Shown in pieces: positions 30,905 to 40,636 of a stretch of 64,000 bases of DNA (the first letter of the stretch is position 1; every line of letters begins with the position of its first letter). The stretch is taken from IMG/VR virus record IMGVR_UViG_3300020036_006490. The stretch is one strand, 5' to 3'. Below the pieces are notes generated by a model. The model worked only from the letters and a program-made list of their open reading frames with translations. It made no database searches and was not told the origin of the DNA. The translations under genes and the position numbers were made by a program. Origin of the DNA: an uncultured virus (IMG/VR IMGVR_UViG_3300020036_006490) (lineage: Duplodnaviria > Heunggongvirae > Uroviricota > Caudoviricetes > Crassvirales).

Positions 30905-33900
30905 ATGAGTTGTCCCAATATTAATAGTCCAGAATGGAAAGATTTAGTCGAACTGGTTGGAGAACCTATGGCTTATAGAGTCTTTGCTGTAGATCCTGAA
31001 TTAACTAGAGTTAATGAATTGCGCCAGAATTTTCTAGATGAAAAAAGAAAATTCTCATTTGCTATACGTAGGCCTAGAAATACATCTTCAAGGGCAAAAT
31101 CAGAAATAAGTGAAACTTATGAGAAGGTTTTAAAAAGTATTGATAGAGCTAATAGTGTTGAAAGTAGAAGTAGTTCCTTCACTAAAGTTTTAAATTTAGG
31201 AGCTACTCTTGATTCTACAATAGATTATAAAGGATTAACCACACCTGATGGGGTTATTAATAAATTTAGACAAAAAGCACATATAGATTCAGTAGAGTAC
31301 ATAAGGAAGCAGGCAGAAGAATTATATAAAGATACAGTACCAGGAACTAAAATCTTACATGTTTTCTCTAAAGATCCTTTAACAAAAGAAGAGTATATAG
31401 AAAATAGAAAGAGATACAGTGAGTATGCTGCACATAGGGGGAAGGTTATGGAATTGATATTAACTATTCCTTTGATGACACAAGGTGTGGAACAAGATAA
31501 AGCATTTGAAGAGTTAGATGATTTATATGATAAGATAAATGAGTATAAAGAGTTTTTAGAATCTATATTAGAAGAAAAAAAAGCTAAGATTAATGATACT
31601 TGGCATGGTTGGGCGTTAGAAGATAAGAGATTCCCTAAAAGAATATTCGATATTTTAGGTATAGATATTTTTTCAGAGGATTCTACAGTGCATTATACTT
31701 TCCAACCTACGATGAAATCAGATATCTTAGAGACTAAAGCGGTATTAGATATGCTTATAGAGCATGAGCCTCATAGGTATTCTATAATAGATTTTAAGGC
31801 TGGTTTTAAATTTGGACAAATGTCTAGTTCTATACCTTTAAAATATTATAGGCAGGCCACTGGAGATATTAGTGATAACCCACAAGATATAGCGAAACTT
31901 CAAATAATGTGGGAAGCTATGTTAGTTAGGATAAATGATCCTAAAGCAACTTTTCAAAATCTAACAGCTATATGGATAACAGAAGAAAACTCTTTATATA
32001 AATCTGGAATAAAGTTTCATGTTAATCCTAGAGATTACATAGGAATTATAGTGGAATATTTAAAAGCTGAACATCCTGAAAAATATGAAAAGCTTTTATT
32101 AATTGATCCAGAGTTATTTGATTTTAGGACATATACTGCTGAGAGTACTGAATCAAAAGAATTTAAAAAACGATTTCCTGATTCTGCAGAAGATAAGTTA
32201 TTGAATGATGTTACTCAGGAGATAATATATCGGCAAAATTATATGGACTATAATACTGATGGAGAACGTAGAGGTGTAGATAATAAAATTAGAGATCTAT
32301 ATGACTTAATGTTAGATCACAATGCTGATAATGTGGCTAAGACTGGAATGGGTCTTAATAAGAATATGGATTTTAAGACTATTCGAGATTTATCTTTAGG
32401 TGAATATTGGGTAGGTTCTTTCTATAATATTAAACATGCTGTGATATCAGCAACTTTAGAGGTTGTTCATAAACAAATGCTTAAAGCTACTACTGATTAC
32501 AATAAAGATAGTTTAATATTTAGGTCTATTATGAAAAACATTATAATAGACTATGCAAAGGATAGAGACGCGGGTTCGGTAGATCGTTTACAAAACTTAT
32601 TAGCGGATCCATTTACCGAGTGGAGTCCTGCCTTAAGAAAAATTTTAGGTACATTCGATCAAAATATTTTAAATGGTTGGATATATGTTACAAAATTTGA
32701 CAAAGAATCTAATGCAAATGAAATGTTATACGCAACTACTGAAGAAGAGTTATTAGAAAATGCAAAAGATCCTAAGTATAAGTGGATTTTAGATTCTTCT
32801 GGTAAGGTAAAAAAACCATATATTCAAATGATGCAATTCTTAAATGAGAAATATGGTTCTGTTTTAGATGCTAAGAGAAAAGATTCTATGTGGAATACTA
32901 AATTATCATATAAGTTAGTACATGGAAAACCTGTAGACATTTCATTTGGAGATGAAATCAATTCTTCAGAATATAGAAAAAGATCTCCATTTAAATATAA
33001 AAAAGGGTTCTTTCCAAAAGTTGCCAAATTGAGAGAAGAGTTTCCTGTATTATCTTTTAGAAACTTTTTTAAAAAATATTTCACAAACTTCTATGAATTA
33101 GCTTTTATGGAGTATGGAAATAATGATGAATTAATTCCAATACAAGGATTAACATCTAAGTATAATAGTATTGAAGGAGAATTTTCTATGTCTTTAGAAA
33201 ATCAATTTGAGACTTTTATGAAGAGTGCGTATGCGAAACAACATCTAACAAAAGCTTATGCTCTAATAGAGGCTATAAAAATTAAAAATTCAGATGTAAA
33301 AACTGGTAAGGTTTTATTACCTAGATTACAATCTTGGTTAACTGCTCAACAAGAAATGGCTTTACGTGGAAGACGTCCACAATTAACGAATACCTTTTCT
33401 AGATCCCTACCATTTTCATTCTCATTTGCCAGTAAAGATGATGATCAAATGATTAAAACTATGCAAACATTTGACTTAGGAAAGTTTCTACAATCCTTTG
33501 GACAGCTTACAGGTTATATGCGATTAGGGTTTAATTTACCAGGTGGTTTTAAAAATACAATGGGTATAATGATGTCTTCTTTCACAGAAGCTTCTAAGCA
33601 ATCTTTAATGCAAAGATTCTATAATGATCCAAAAGCAACTAGATTTATTAATGACTTTACTACTATGGGTGCTGCAGAATTTGCTTTAGCTTTAAAACCT
33701 GCAATAGGTATCCAAATAGATGGAATGAAGGGAAATCTTAATAAAAATAAAGCATGGGTTTTAATGAATAAATTTGGATATATTCCTTCAATCTCCCCAT
33801 TAAGATCTGAAACTAAATATTTTACCTCTAAGCAGACTTCTTTATTAAGTACAGATACAGCTTTATTACCATATAGTACTTCAGAAGAAGTCATGGTGGC

Positions 33901-34942
33901 TATGTATTTTATTGCACAAATGAATCATATAAAGATCAAACAAGGTCCTATGAAGGGTAAATCTATGTGGGATATGTATGATGCTGTAGTTGAAAGAGAT
34001 CCTATTACAGGAGTAGAATATACAGATTTTAAATATAAAACAGATCCTACAACTGGTAAGCCTTATGTTAGAGGGGTAATTACAGACTCTCACGGTAATA
34101 TTCAAGAGATGACTGAATTAACAAATAAAGAAATAATGGCAATGCATGCTATCTATGAAGAAAAACAAGGAGGTTTTGCACAATTAGATAGGACTTTTAT
34201 AGAGTCTTCTATTTTAGGGCAAATGTTTGTACAATTTAGAAGACACTTACAATCTATAATACGGCATGGTCTTCAAAGTTATGGAACTTCTTATATAAAA
34301 GGTAGATATCAAGATACTAAAAAATTAGATGCTAATGGTAATGTAATATATGAATTTACTCCAAAACAAATCGAAGGTAAGTGGATGACTATATTGGGAA
34401 CTCTTCTATATTATATTCCTTTAATTAGTCAAGTATTTGGAAAGAATACCAAAATTGCTAAATGGACAGAAGGTACTTTTCCTAAAGGATTAGATTCATA
34501 TGCATTAAATAAACTAGATCAAGGACAATTAGAAAACTTAATAGATGCAAGTATGAATATAATGCTATGGGCAGCTATGAAAGCTTGTACGTTTTTAGCA
34601 TTTGGAGGTACAGATAAAGATGACAGAGCTACTAGATTAGCTCAAAAAATTATTGATGAAACATTACAGCATTGGAAAGTTTGGAAAATTGTTCAAGATA
34701 TTCAACAAACTCCAGCCACACTTAAAGTAATATCTTCTATGATAGAAGGTACGGCAACTTTAAGTGCTTCTGTATTATTATATGGATTTAATGATATGGT
34801 GTTTGATATTGAAGAAAAGGAATATATGACTAGAGATAACGAACTAAGAGGTCTCACAGAATTTGAAAAAAATGTTCCAGTGTTCTCCTCCTTACGTACT
34901 ACATACCTCACGGCATTAGATTTTATGGGAGATGAAGAATAA
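30905..34942 (+). CDS. Large virion cargo protein with a PD-(D/E)xK nuclease-like domain
   Basis: N-terminus MSCPNINSPEWKDLV resembles those of large crAss-like cargo proteins. LDMLIE..YSIIDFKAG..KLQ at ~31745-31910. Confidence 0.55.
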   Translation: MSCPNINSPEWKDLVELVGEPMAYRVFAVDPELTRVNELRQNFLDEKRKFSFAIRRPRNTSSRAKSEISETYEKVLKSIDRANSVESRSSSFTKVLNLGATLDSTIDYKGLTTPDGVINKFRQKAHIDSVEYIRKQAEELYKDTVPGTKILHVFSKDPLTKEEYIENRKRYSEYAAHRGKVMELILTIPLMTQGVEQDKAFEELDDLYDKINEYKEFLESILEEKKAKINDTWHGWALEDKRFPKRIFDILGIDIFSEDSTVHYTFQPTMKSDILETKAVLDMLIEHEPHRYSIIDFKAGFKFGQMSSSIPLKYYRQATGDISDNPQDIAKLQIMWEAMLVRINDPKATFQNLTAIWITEENSLYKSGIKFHVNPRDYIGIIVEYLKAEHPEKYEKLLLIDPELFDFRTYTAESTESKEFKKRFPDSAEDKLLNDVTQEIIYRQNYMDYNTDGERRGVDNKIRDLYDLMLDHNADNVAKTGMGLNKNMDFKTIRDLSLGEYWVGSFYNIKHAVISATLEVVHKQMLKATTDYNKDSLIFRSIMKNIIIDYAKDRDAGSVDRLQNLLADPFTEWSPALRKILGTFDQNILNGWIYVTKFDKESNANEMLYATTEEELLENAKDPKYKWILDSSGKVKKPYIQMMQFLNEKYGSVLDAKRKDSMWNTKLSYKLVHGKPVDISFGDEINSSEYRKRSPFKYKKGFFPKVAKLREEFPVLSFRNFFKKYFTNFYELAFMEYGNNDELIPIQGLTSKYNSIEGEFSMSLENQFETFMKSAYAKQHLTKAYALIEAIKIKNSDVKTGKVLLPRLQSWLTAQQEMALRGRRPQLTNTFSRSLPFSFSFASKDDDQMIKTMQTFDLGKFLQSFGQLTGYMRLGFNLPGGFKNTMGIMMSSFTEASKQSLMQRFYNDPKATRFINDFTTMGAAEFALALKPAIGIQIDGMKGNLNKNKAWVLMNKFGYIPSISPLRSETKYFTSKQTSLLSTDTALLPYSTSEEVMVAMYFIAQMNHIKIKQGPMKGKSMWDMYDAVVERDPITGVEYTDFKYKTDPTTGKPYVRGVITDSHGNIQEMTELTNKEIMAMHAIYEEKQGGFAQLDRTFIESSILGQMFVQFRRHLQSIIRHGLQSYGTSYIKGRYQDTKKLDANGNVIYEFTPKQIEGKWMTILGTLLYYIPLISQVFGKNTKIAKWTEGTFPKGLDSYALNKLDQGQLENLIDASMNIMLWAAMKACTFLAFGGTDKDDRATRLAQKIIDETLQHWKVWKIVQDIQQTPATLKVISSMIEGTATLSASVLLYGFNDMVFDIEEKEYMTRDNELRGLTEFEKNVPVFSSLRTTYLTALDFMGDEE

Positions 34943-35216
34943 AGACTACTCCCTTAATCCAGATGAGTATAGTATGTATATCTATAAAAAACCTAATTCA
35001 GAAGGATTAATGGTTTTATATACAGTATATACTCAAGAACAATGTATTATAGAACATGTGTCTAAAAAGCACGCATTGAAAATGTATAAATCTTTATTTG
35101 AAATAGAAAATCCTTGTATAATATTACCTGTTAAAGATATAATCTTAAAATTATTTCTGGATGCTCAAACTGTAGAAACAATAAAGGATATAATAGAACG
35201 CTACTACAATCTGTAG
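34932..35216 (+). CDS. Hypothetical protein
   Basis: 94-aa ORF overlapping the previous stop and ending just before the terminator. Confidence 0.55.
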   Translation: MKNKDYSLNPDEYSMYIYKKPNSEGLMVLYTVYTQEQCIIEHVSKKHALKMYKSLFEIENPCIILPVKDIILKLFLDAQTVETIKDIIERYYNL

Positions 35217-35217
35217 T

Positions 35218-35262
35218 AAAAAAAAGGCCCTACCAAGATTTCTCTCAGTAGGGCCTAATTAT
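35218..35262 (-). terminator. Intrinsic terminator at the convergence of the two gene blocks (possibly bidirectional)
   Basis: Stem AGGCCCTAC (35225-35233)/GTAGGGCCT (35248-35256). The A-run at 35218-35225 gives a U-tail on the minus strand. Confidence 0.8.
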
Positions 35263-35275
35263 TTAATCACCAAAC

Positions 35276-35734
35276 TTATTTCACAACAGCTTCCTGGCGT
35301 TTCTTAACGCCATATTTTTTTACATACCAAGAATAAAATAAGTTAACTGCCAAATCAGCTTCGGGATCTTCACTAACTTTTGTTTTAACGATCTCTAAAT
35401 GCTTTTCAGACGGTTTGAATTTAAACTCATTATTATTAACGAGTTTTTTACTCTTATATGTTTTACGTACTTCGTACAAAAAGTCTTCAAGAGGGCCTTC
35501 CAATTTAGCAGGAGCTACAATCTTCTTCTCTTCGACAGTCTTGTTTAATCTCCTTTTTACTAAATCTTGATACTCCTCTATAGTTATCTTTAGAATATCT
35601 AAAGCTTCACGCCTGCTTACTGCAGGCTTTTGTATTTCTTGTATTTTTGTTTCAACAGGTGTTGGTTTAACATCCTGAACTAGAAATTGAGCCAGCTTCT
35701 GGCGCAAGTTCAGTGTCTGATTTAGGATACCCAT
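35276..35734 (-). CDS. Hypothetical protein
   Basis: 152-aa lysine-rich ORF, last gene of the minus-strand block. Confidence 0.6.
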   Translation of the reverse strand: MGILNQTLNLRQKLAQFLVQDVKPTPVETKIQEIQKPAVSRREALDILKITIEEYQDLVKRRLNKTVEEKKIVAPAKLEGPLEDFLYEVRKTYKSKKLVNNNEFKFKPSEKHLEIVKTKVSEDPEADLAVNLFYSWYVKKYGVKKRQEAVVK

Positions 35735-36230
35735 AAATTTCGTTCTCTTTTTCGGGTCTGCTCCAGACCTCCATATCTTCGGTAAATTCTACTCCAATTC
35801 TTTCCTCCCAATACTTACGTAAATCAGGATGTTTGACTAGAACTTTGTAGTTATTGGAAAGATCAGGTTTTCCATTAGCCCCTATAGCAACTTCATTAAA
35901 GTTTTTTCGTGTATAATCCCTACATATTTTGGAATATTTACCTTCTAAAAAAGGCGCAACTATTTTTCTATAATTATCTTCTGTAATATGAAATTCTAAT
36001 AATAAATCAGAATCAAGTAATTCCGCTGAAATATATTCTGGGCGTTTTATTAACTCTGTTCTAAATGCAGGGCTTATTTGATTTAAATTAAATAAAAGAT
36101 AAATAGACTCTCCCCACTTATCTTTAGTTTTATGATAAGCCCCTAAATAAGAATCTTTAAATCCTTCTTTTAGAAGAGTTTTATAAGGTATATCTAATAT
36201 ATTCTTTATAAAAGACGTAGTTAGCGTCAT
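35667..36230 (-). CDS. Hypothetical protein (start placed at ATG 36230 rather than TTG 36248)
   Basis: ORF track gives 35667..36248. ATG 36230 puts the shared upstream CCGAA motif at the same spacing as in other genes. Confidence 0.6.
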   Translation of the reverse strand: MTLTTSFIKNILDIPYKTLLKEGFKDSYLGAYHKTKDKWGESIYLLFNLNQISPAFRTELIKRPEYISAELLDSDLLLEFHITEDNYRKIVAPFLEGKYSKICRDYTRKNFNEVAIGANGKPDLSNNYKVLVKHPDLRKYWEERIGVEFTEDMEVWSRPEKENEIYGYPKSDTELAPEAGSISSSGC

Positions 36231-36265
36231 AACTAATTGTTTTACCAATTATTTTCGGTTGGTTT

Positions 36266-36300
36266 AGGTTTGGGCACATACACCCGAACCTTTTCTTTTT
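36266..36300 (+). terminator. Plus-strand intrinsic terminator-like hairpin inside the minus-strand block
   Basis: AGGTTTGGG/CCCGAACCT stem (its G-U pair is valid only on the + strand) followed by TTTCTTTTT. Confidence 0.5.
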
Positions 36301-37343
36301 TAGGTACCTTCCGTACCTTCTTCACTTTGGACTGTTCCATAAGAAAAAACATTTAATTTTAATCTGCCTTTACCTTCAAAAACCTCTTGTGGTAAATCCC
36401 ATTGCTGTGATTCTGTATGGTATTTAAAAGCCTCTATTAATTGATTTACTCCTTTGTAATGTTTCCCATATCTATAACCTCCAGTTAATCCGGCTTGGAT
36501 GTCTTCTGGTGTAGTTTCAAATATAAGAGCAGGATATGATGAGGATAGTTTAGAATCTACTACAATAAAACTGAATGGTAACCACGCGTAGTCTAACAAC
36601 TCTGGTCTGTTTTCTTCAATCCATTTTCGTAGAGCTATTGTATAAAAGGCTGCTTGCCTGTAGTATCCAAATTGAACAAATGATATAGGAAATTCATAGA
36701 CATTTTTACCTATTGTTTTTAAATCAAAGGGTTCTATCTCTTTAGTTTCATGGTTAATTCTTACACCATCCATAAGAGCTTTACAATCATAACCCATATA
36801 CTCAAAGTAAATAGGTAATTGGTGAATCAATTCTACATGATCGTAATCATTCCTAAAGTATTGATATGTAAAAGTATTTGCAATGAGCTTGTCTTTACAA
36901 GCTATAACAGTCTCATACTCATCCTTAGCGAGTATTGACTTACCTTGCGTATTTCTAGTAGCGTTATAGTATTCTACAGCTGTAGGGTTAGTCCAGAAAG
37001 AGTCTATAACTCTATCAATTTTCATTTTATAACCAGCTTTATCATAAGCCTCTTTGTACATGTCTACAGAAGCTTCTGGAGTAATACCAGCAGGTAGAGA
37101 TTCTACAAACTTACCCATAAACCCAAAAGGCTTAGAAGCATCTACAACTAGAAATTCATCTTCAAATACACCATTTCCTGTAAGAATACAGTCTAAAGCA
37201 GACCCTATCCTAAAATGTTTTTTATCATCGTCTTCCATATCGGGATTATCCATTTTCATTTTAACCCAACGTGGATTTACTAGCGAGCCTAATATCGAAT
37301 TTGACAGGCGTTTCGCAGCAAAATATTTTTTAATTTTGTCCAA
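36300..37343 (-). CDS. PD-(D/E)xK exonuclease (RecE/ExoVIII- or Cas4-like)
   Basis: LSNS..., FRIGSALDC, CKALMDGV..PFDLKT and YYRQAAFY motifs. Confidence 0.8.
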   Translation of the reverse strand: MDKIKKYFAAKRLSNSILGSLVNPRWVKMKMDNPDMEDDDKKHFRIGSALDCILTGNGVFEDEFLVVDASKPFGFMGKFVESLPAGITPEASVDMYKEAYDKAGYKMKIDRVIDSFWTNPTAVEYYNATRNTQGKSILAKDEYETVIACKDKLIANTFTYQYFRNDYDHVELIHQLPIYFEYMGYDCKALMDGVRINHETKEIEPFDLKTIGKNVYEFPISFVQFGYYRQAAFYTIALRKWIEENRPELLDYAWLPFSFIVVDSKLSSSYPALIFETTPEDIQAGLTGGYRYGKHYKGVNQLIEAFKYHTESQQWDLPQEVFEGKGRLKLNVFSYGTVQSEEGTEGT

Positions 37344-37371
37344 AAGTTTATAATTTAAACTTTATATTCGT

Positions 37372-37518
37372 TTAATAGATTGAAGCTAGATAGAACCAGA
37401 TAGATAGTATTACTACTACCACACCTAGTAATATCCACTTCATATCCCATAGGGCATTGACCTCACATTCTTTATAGCAAGGAGTCCCTGGATTGCAAGT
37501 ACATTTGTGTGGTCTCAT
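37372..37518 (-). CDS. Small Cys-containing single-pass membrane peptide (48 aa, not in the ORF track)
   Basis: MRPHKCTCNPGTPCYKECEVNALWDMKWILLGVVVVILSIWFYLASIY*. Its ATG overlaps the upstream stop (TAATG). Confidence 0.55.
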   Translation of the reverse strand: MRPHKCTCNPGTPCYKECEVNALWDMKWILLGVVVVILSIWFYLASIY

Positions 37519-37943
37519 TATTTTAAACCTTTTATGATTTCGATACTAAGATCAATTTGTTTATTACTAGTTGGAAGAAATAATCTAAAGTGTAAATTAT
37601 TGGCGTATAAATAAGCCTTGAACATTTTCCATTTGATATTGAATTCAGGAGTTCTATGTCCTTTAGTTTCAATTATCCAATCTGATCCTACAAAATCTGG
37701 AATATATTTAACTTTATTAATCTTTCTTCCGAGGTTGGAGAATACATTCTCCCCCTTTAATCTTTTAGGTTCCCAGACTTCGAAGTCGTGATAGAACTCG
37801 TCTAATAAGATAAAGGCTGTTGGTTCATATTCGAACTCTAGATTATTTTCTTTTAATTTTGCATAGCAGTAAGACTCTAGCTTAGACCTAAATTGGTTTC
37901 CACTAGAGTCTGTTGTTTTTTCTGCTTTGTATTTACCTGACAT
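37518..37943 (-). CDS. T7 endonuclease I-like Holliday junction resolvase
   Basis: FRSKLE..FEYEP..YIPDF..IIETKG motif order. Confidence 0.8.
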   Translation of the reverse strand: MSGKYKAEKTTDSSGNQFRSKLESYCYAKLKENNLEFEYEPTAFILLDEFYHDFEVWEPKRLKGENVFSNLGRKINKVKYIPDFVGSDWIIETKGHRTPEFNIKWKMFKAYLYANNLHFRLFLPTSNKQIDLSIEIIKGLK

Positions 37944-38010
37944 TATATGTATTTTCGCACAATATACGAAACTTTATTTTAAAATGTACAAAATGTACAT
38001 GGCGAGTATT

Positions 38011-39018
38011 TTAATTGACAACAGCGATTCTTCCATATGTCCTTGAAAGACCTCTTGCACTAACAGAACGTAAATATTTTTCTGCAATCATATGAAGTAA
38101 GGCTTGTTGGTAATGTTGAGCTGTTACATTAGGACATGGGTTATCTGGAATAACATCCATTCCTGGGTTTGTATTAGTTTCTGAGATATAGAATTTTCTT
38201 GTATGCTTGTTATACATAACATCAGTGCAACAGAAATCTAATCCCATTAATTCAGCAGCCTTCACAGAGGCTTCTACCATTTTGTCCCATTCTTCGGGTT
38301 TTCTAAAATTTGATGAGAAAGTAACTACTCCAGTAGCAAAATTCCTAGTTGCAGGATTTATTGCATATGGATTACGTAACTTCTTTTCGATTCCTAAAAT
38401 TTCACCATTAGATCTAAGGTGTGTTCCACCAGAACGTACTGTCCAACTCCCTTCAGGAGTCTTTAAAGCATATTCATATTTGTAAACAATACTTTTATCT
38501 TTTAATAATGGTGAAACATGAATCCTGTATTCGTTTGTGAAAAGAAAATATTCCTCAAAGAAATATTCCCTAATTTTACTTGGCGGTATTTCGGCCACAA
38601 ACTTTTGCAGATCCTCCGCATTATTAAGGAAATACATACCTTTACCGCCAAATCCATATTTTAATTTAGCAACCATTGGGAATCCTATTTCCTGTTCTAG
38701 CAGATCTAATTTAGTTTGTCTAGCATCAATGTATCTCGATGCATGATTGTATTTAAGCAACACTGGACAGTGTTCTTTAATTGTATCTTTCGTTAGAGTT
38801 TTAGAAGAACTAATTCTAATGCCAGAAGGAGTATTAATTCGAAGTCTTTGTGGTTCGGAAGGTTTAGTAGAACCAAAGGAAACATCAACTGGGTAAGAAA
38901 AAACACAATTCTTAATAGGATATCTATCTGGAGAACCTATTGGAAAATTCGTATTTTTTCTAAAATAGCGCTTCATTTTTGAAGATTTGCCCCCAAAGAA
39001 GTTAGGATAATAACGCAT
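38011..39018 (-). CDS. ATP-grasp ligase (RimK/phiEco32-like)
   Basis: FPMVAK..GFGGKGMY, EEY..EYRIHV, GLDFCCTDV and ETNTNPG (ExNxxPG) motifs. Confidence 0.8.
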   Translation of the reverse strand: MRYYPNFFGGKSSKMKRYFRKNTNFPIGSPDRYPIKNCVFSYPVDVSFGSTKPSEPQRLRINTPSGIRISSSKTLTKDTIKEHCPVLLKYNHASRYIDARQTKLDLLEQEIGFPMVAKLKYGFGGKGMYFLNNAEDLQKFVAEIPPSKIREYFFEEYFLFTNEYRIHVSPLLKDKSIVYKYEYALKTPEGSWTVRSGGTHLRSNGEILGIEKKLRNPYAINPATRNFATGVVTFSSNFRKPEEWDKMVEASVKAAELMGLDFCCTDVMYNKHTRKFYISETNTNPGMDVIPDNPCPNVTAQHYQQALLHMIAEKYLRSVSARGLSRTYGRIAVVN

Positions 39019-39035
39019 AATTTAAGTTTAAAAAG

Positions 39036-39668
39036 TTACCAATTTATTTCTGAAAGCTTTTTGGTTTTTAAAAATTTGTTAATTTGAGTAAAAGGTTTTG
39101 AACCTTTAAATGGTGGAAATTTTCCACACGGTTTCTCCCACGAAAGCGGGGATGGGTGCGATGATGCAACAATTTTATGTTTCTTTTGATCTATATATGG
39201 TAGATAGCTAATAGCATTAGCGCCCCATAATACAAATATGACAAAGTCTTTGCTTTGTGAAATATGTCCTAATAATTCTTTAGTAAATGGGTCCCATAAA
39301 TTTTTATGAATGTTAGGCATACCTTGCTCTACTGTGAGAGCTGTGTTTAATAATAACACCCCCTGAGCTGGGAGTTTATTTAATTCTCCAATTGGTTGTT
39401 TGGTATCGTACATCATCTCTGAAAGTATATTTCTAAGAGATGGTTGTGGTTTAGAATAATCTAAAACATCAAATGCTAAACCTGTAGCTACCCCTGGTGT
39501 GTGATAAGGATCCTGCCCAAGAATGACGACTTTAACGTCGTCTAATGGACATTCTTCTAAGGCTCTAAAAACATTATTTCTAGAAGGGTATATCGTCTTC
39601 TCTATTAAGGATGACATTATTTCTGCTGTCTTGCTTTCCAGAGTAGGCGTGGAATAAGAATTTTTCAT
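39036..39668 (-). CDS. ung: Uracil-DNA glycosylase (family 1)
   Basis: VVILGQDPYH, PSLRNI, QGVLLLNTALTV and SHPSPLS. Confidence 0.95.
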   Translation of the reverse strand: MKNSYSTPTLESKTAEIMSSLIEKTIYPSRNNVFRALEECPLDDVKVVILGQDPYHTPGVATGLAFDVLDYSKPQPSLRNILSEMMYDTKQPIGELNKLPAQGVLLLNTALTVEQGMPNIHKNLWDPFTKELLGHISQSKDFVIFVLWGANAISYLPYIDQKKHKIVASSHPSPLSWEKPCGKFPPFKGSKPFTQINKFLKTKKLSEINW

Positions 39669-40635
39669 ATCTGTGATACGATTTGGATAGTATTCGTTTT
39701 AACATCCTATATGATGAGTATTTTCCATATCTCTTATAATAATCCGAAATGTCCTTCGATTTAAATAGAAACATGTAAGGGATGTCTAATTTTAGAGCAG
39801 CTTGTATTCCAGCATTATCGTAGTCATAGAAACTTACGATGTATTGAAATCTTTTACGTAACTCTTTAATAACTGTATTAGGTATGTTAGTGGATTCAGA
39901 ATTTGGACAAATGGCTGGTATGCCTAACTCGTGTAGCACCATTACATCCTTTAGAGATTTTGTTATTACTAACAACTTCCCTTGCAACGGTAACTGAGTT
40001 AAACCCCACAATACATTTTTATTAGTTTTCGCTAGCCACTTAAATGTGGAACTTAAAGGTCTGTATAATTTAAATTTTGTAGAATCGTTTGTAGTGTACA
40101 CAAAGATAGGATTACCTTTAGTACTACGCCAGCCATTGTCTCCAAATTTTACTGCTTTAACACAGTATACACCATACTTGAGGAGAGTATCTGAGCTGAC
40201 CCCATAGTGAGCCCAGTACTCTATCTCATTTTTTTCGTATGGTTTGATTGAATAAGTGATTTCAATATCAGTCTTAGTAGTTTCTATGATTTTTATCTCA
40301 AGTTCTTTATTTACAGGACTAGGGTTAGTTGTACCTAATTTTAAATTTAAATCATCATTTATTAACTTAAGAACTTGACCAAAGTTTAGTTTATATTTCT
40401 CCATAATAGCTTCGAAGCAATTCCAGCTCATATCCTGAGCAAAATCATGCAGAACTAAACGACCGGAGGAATTCCGGTAAAAACCGCATGATGCTTTCTT
40501 ATCTGTTCTGAATGGAGAACATATTGAACCTTCGACTTTAGAGATATACTTAGAAAATATCTGCTCATCGCTGACCCGCAATAATATATTAGCAGCTGTC
40601 AATTTAGATTCTAACAGATCTTTTCCTTGTAACAT
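39580..40635 (-). CDS. dnaG: DNA primase (DnaG-like, TOPRIM)
   Basis: N-terminal CSPFRTDKKASC zinc-binding-like region. TOPRIM-like ITKSLKDVM and YDYDNAG. Ends in EDDIPF. Confidence 0.8.
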   Translation of the reverse strand: MLQGKDLLESKLTAANILLRVSDEQIFSKYISKVEGSICSPFRTDKKASCGFYRNSSGRLVLHDFAQDMSWNCFEAIMEKYKLNFGQVLKLINDDLNLKLGTTNPSPVNKELEIKIIETTKTDIEITYSIKPYEKNEIEYWAHYGVSSDTLLKYGVYCVKAVKFGDNGWRSTKGNPIFVYTTNDSTKFKLYRPLSSTFKWLAKTNKNVLWGLTQLPLQGKLLVITKSLKDVMVLHELGIPAICPNSESTNIPNTVIKELRKRFQYIVSFYDYDNAGIQAALKLDIPYMFLFKSKDISDYYKRYGKYSSYRMLKRILSKSYHRYEKFLFHAYSGKQDSRNNVILNREDDIPF

Positions 40636-40636
40636 A

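Noticed and set aside
1320..34911. Numerous 60-130 aa minus-strand ORFs in the virion block
   Set aside because: They are antisense shadows of long plus-strand genes, with no motifs and a composition typical of reverse frames.
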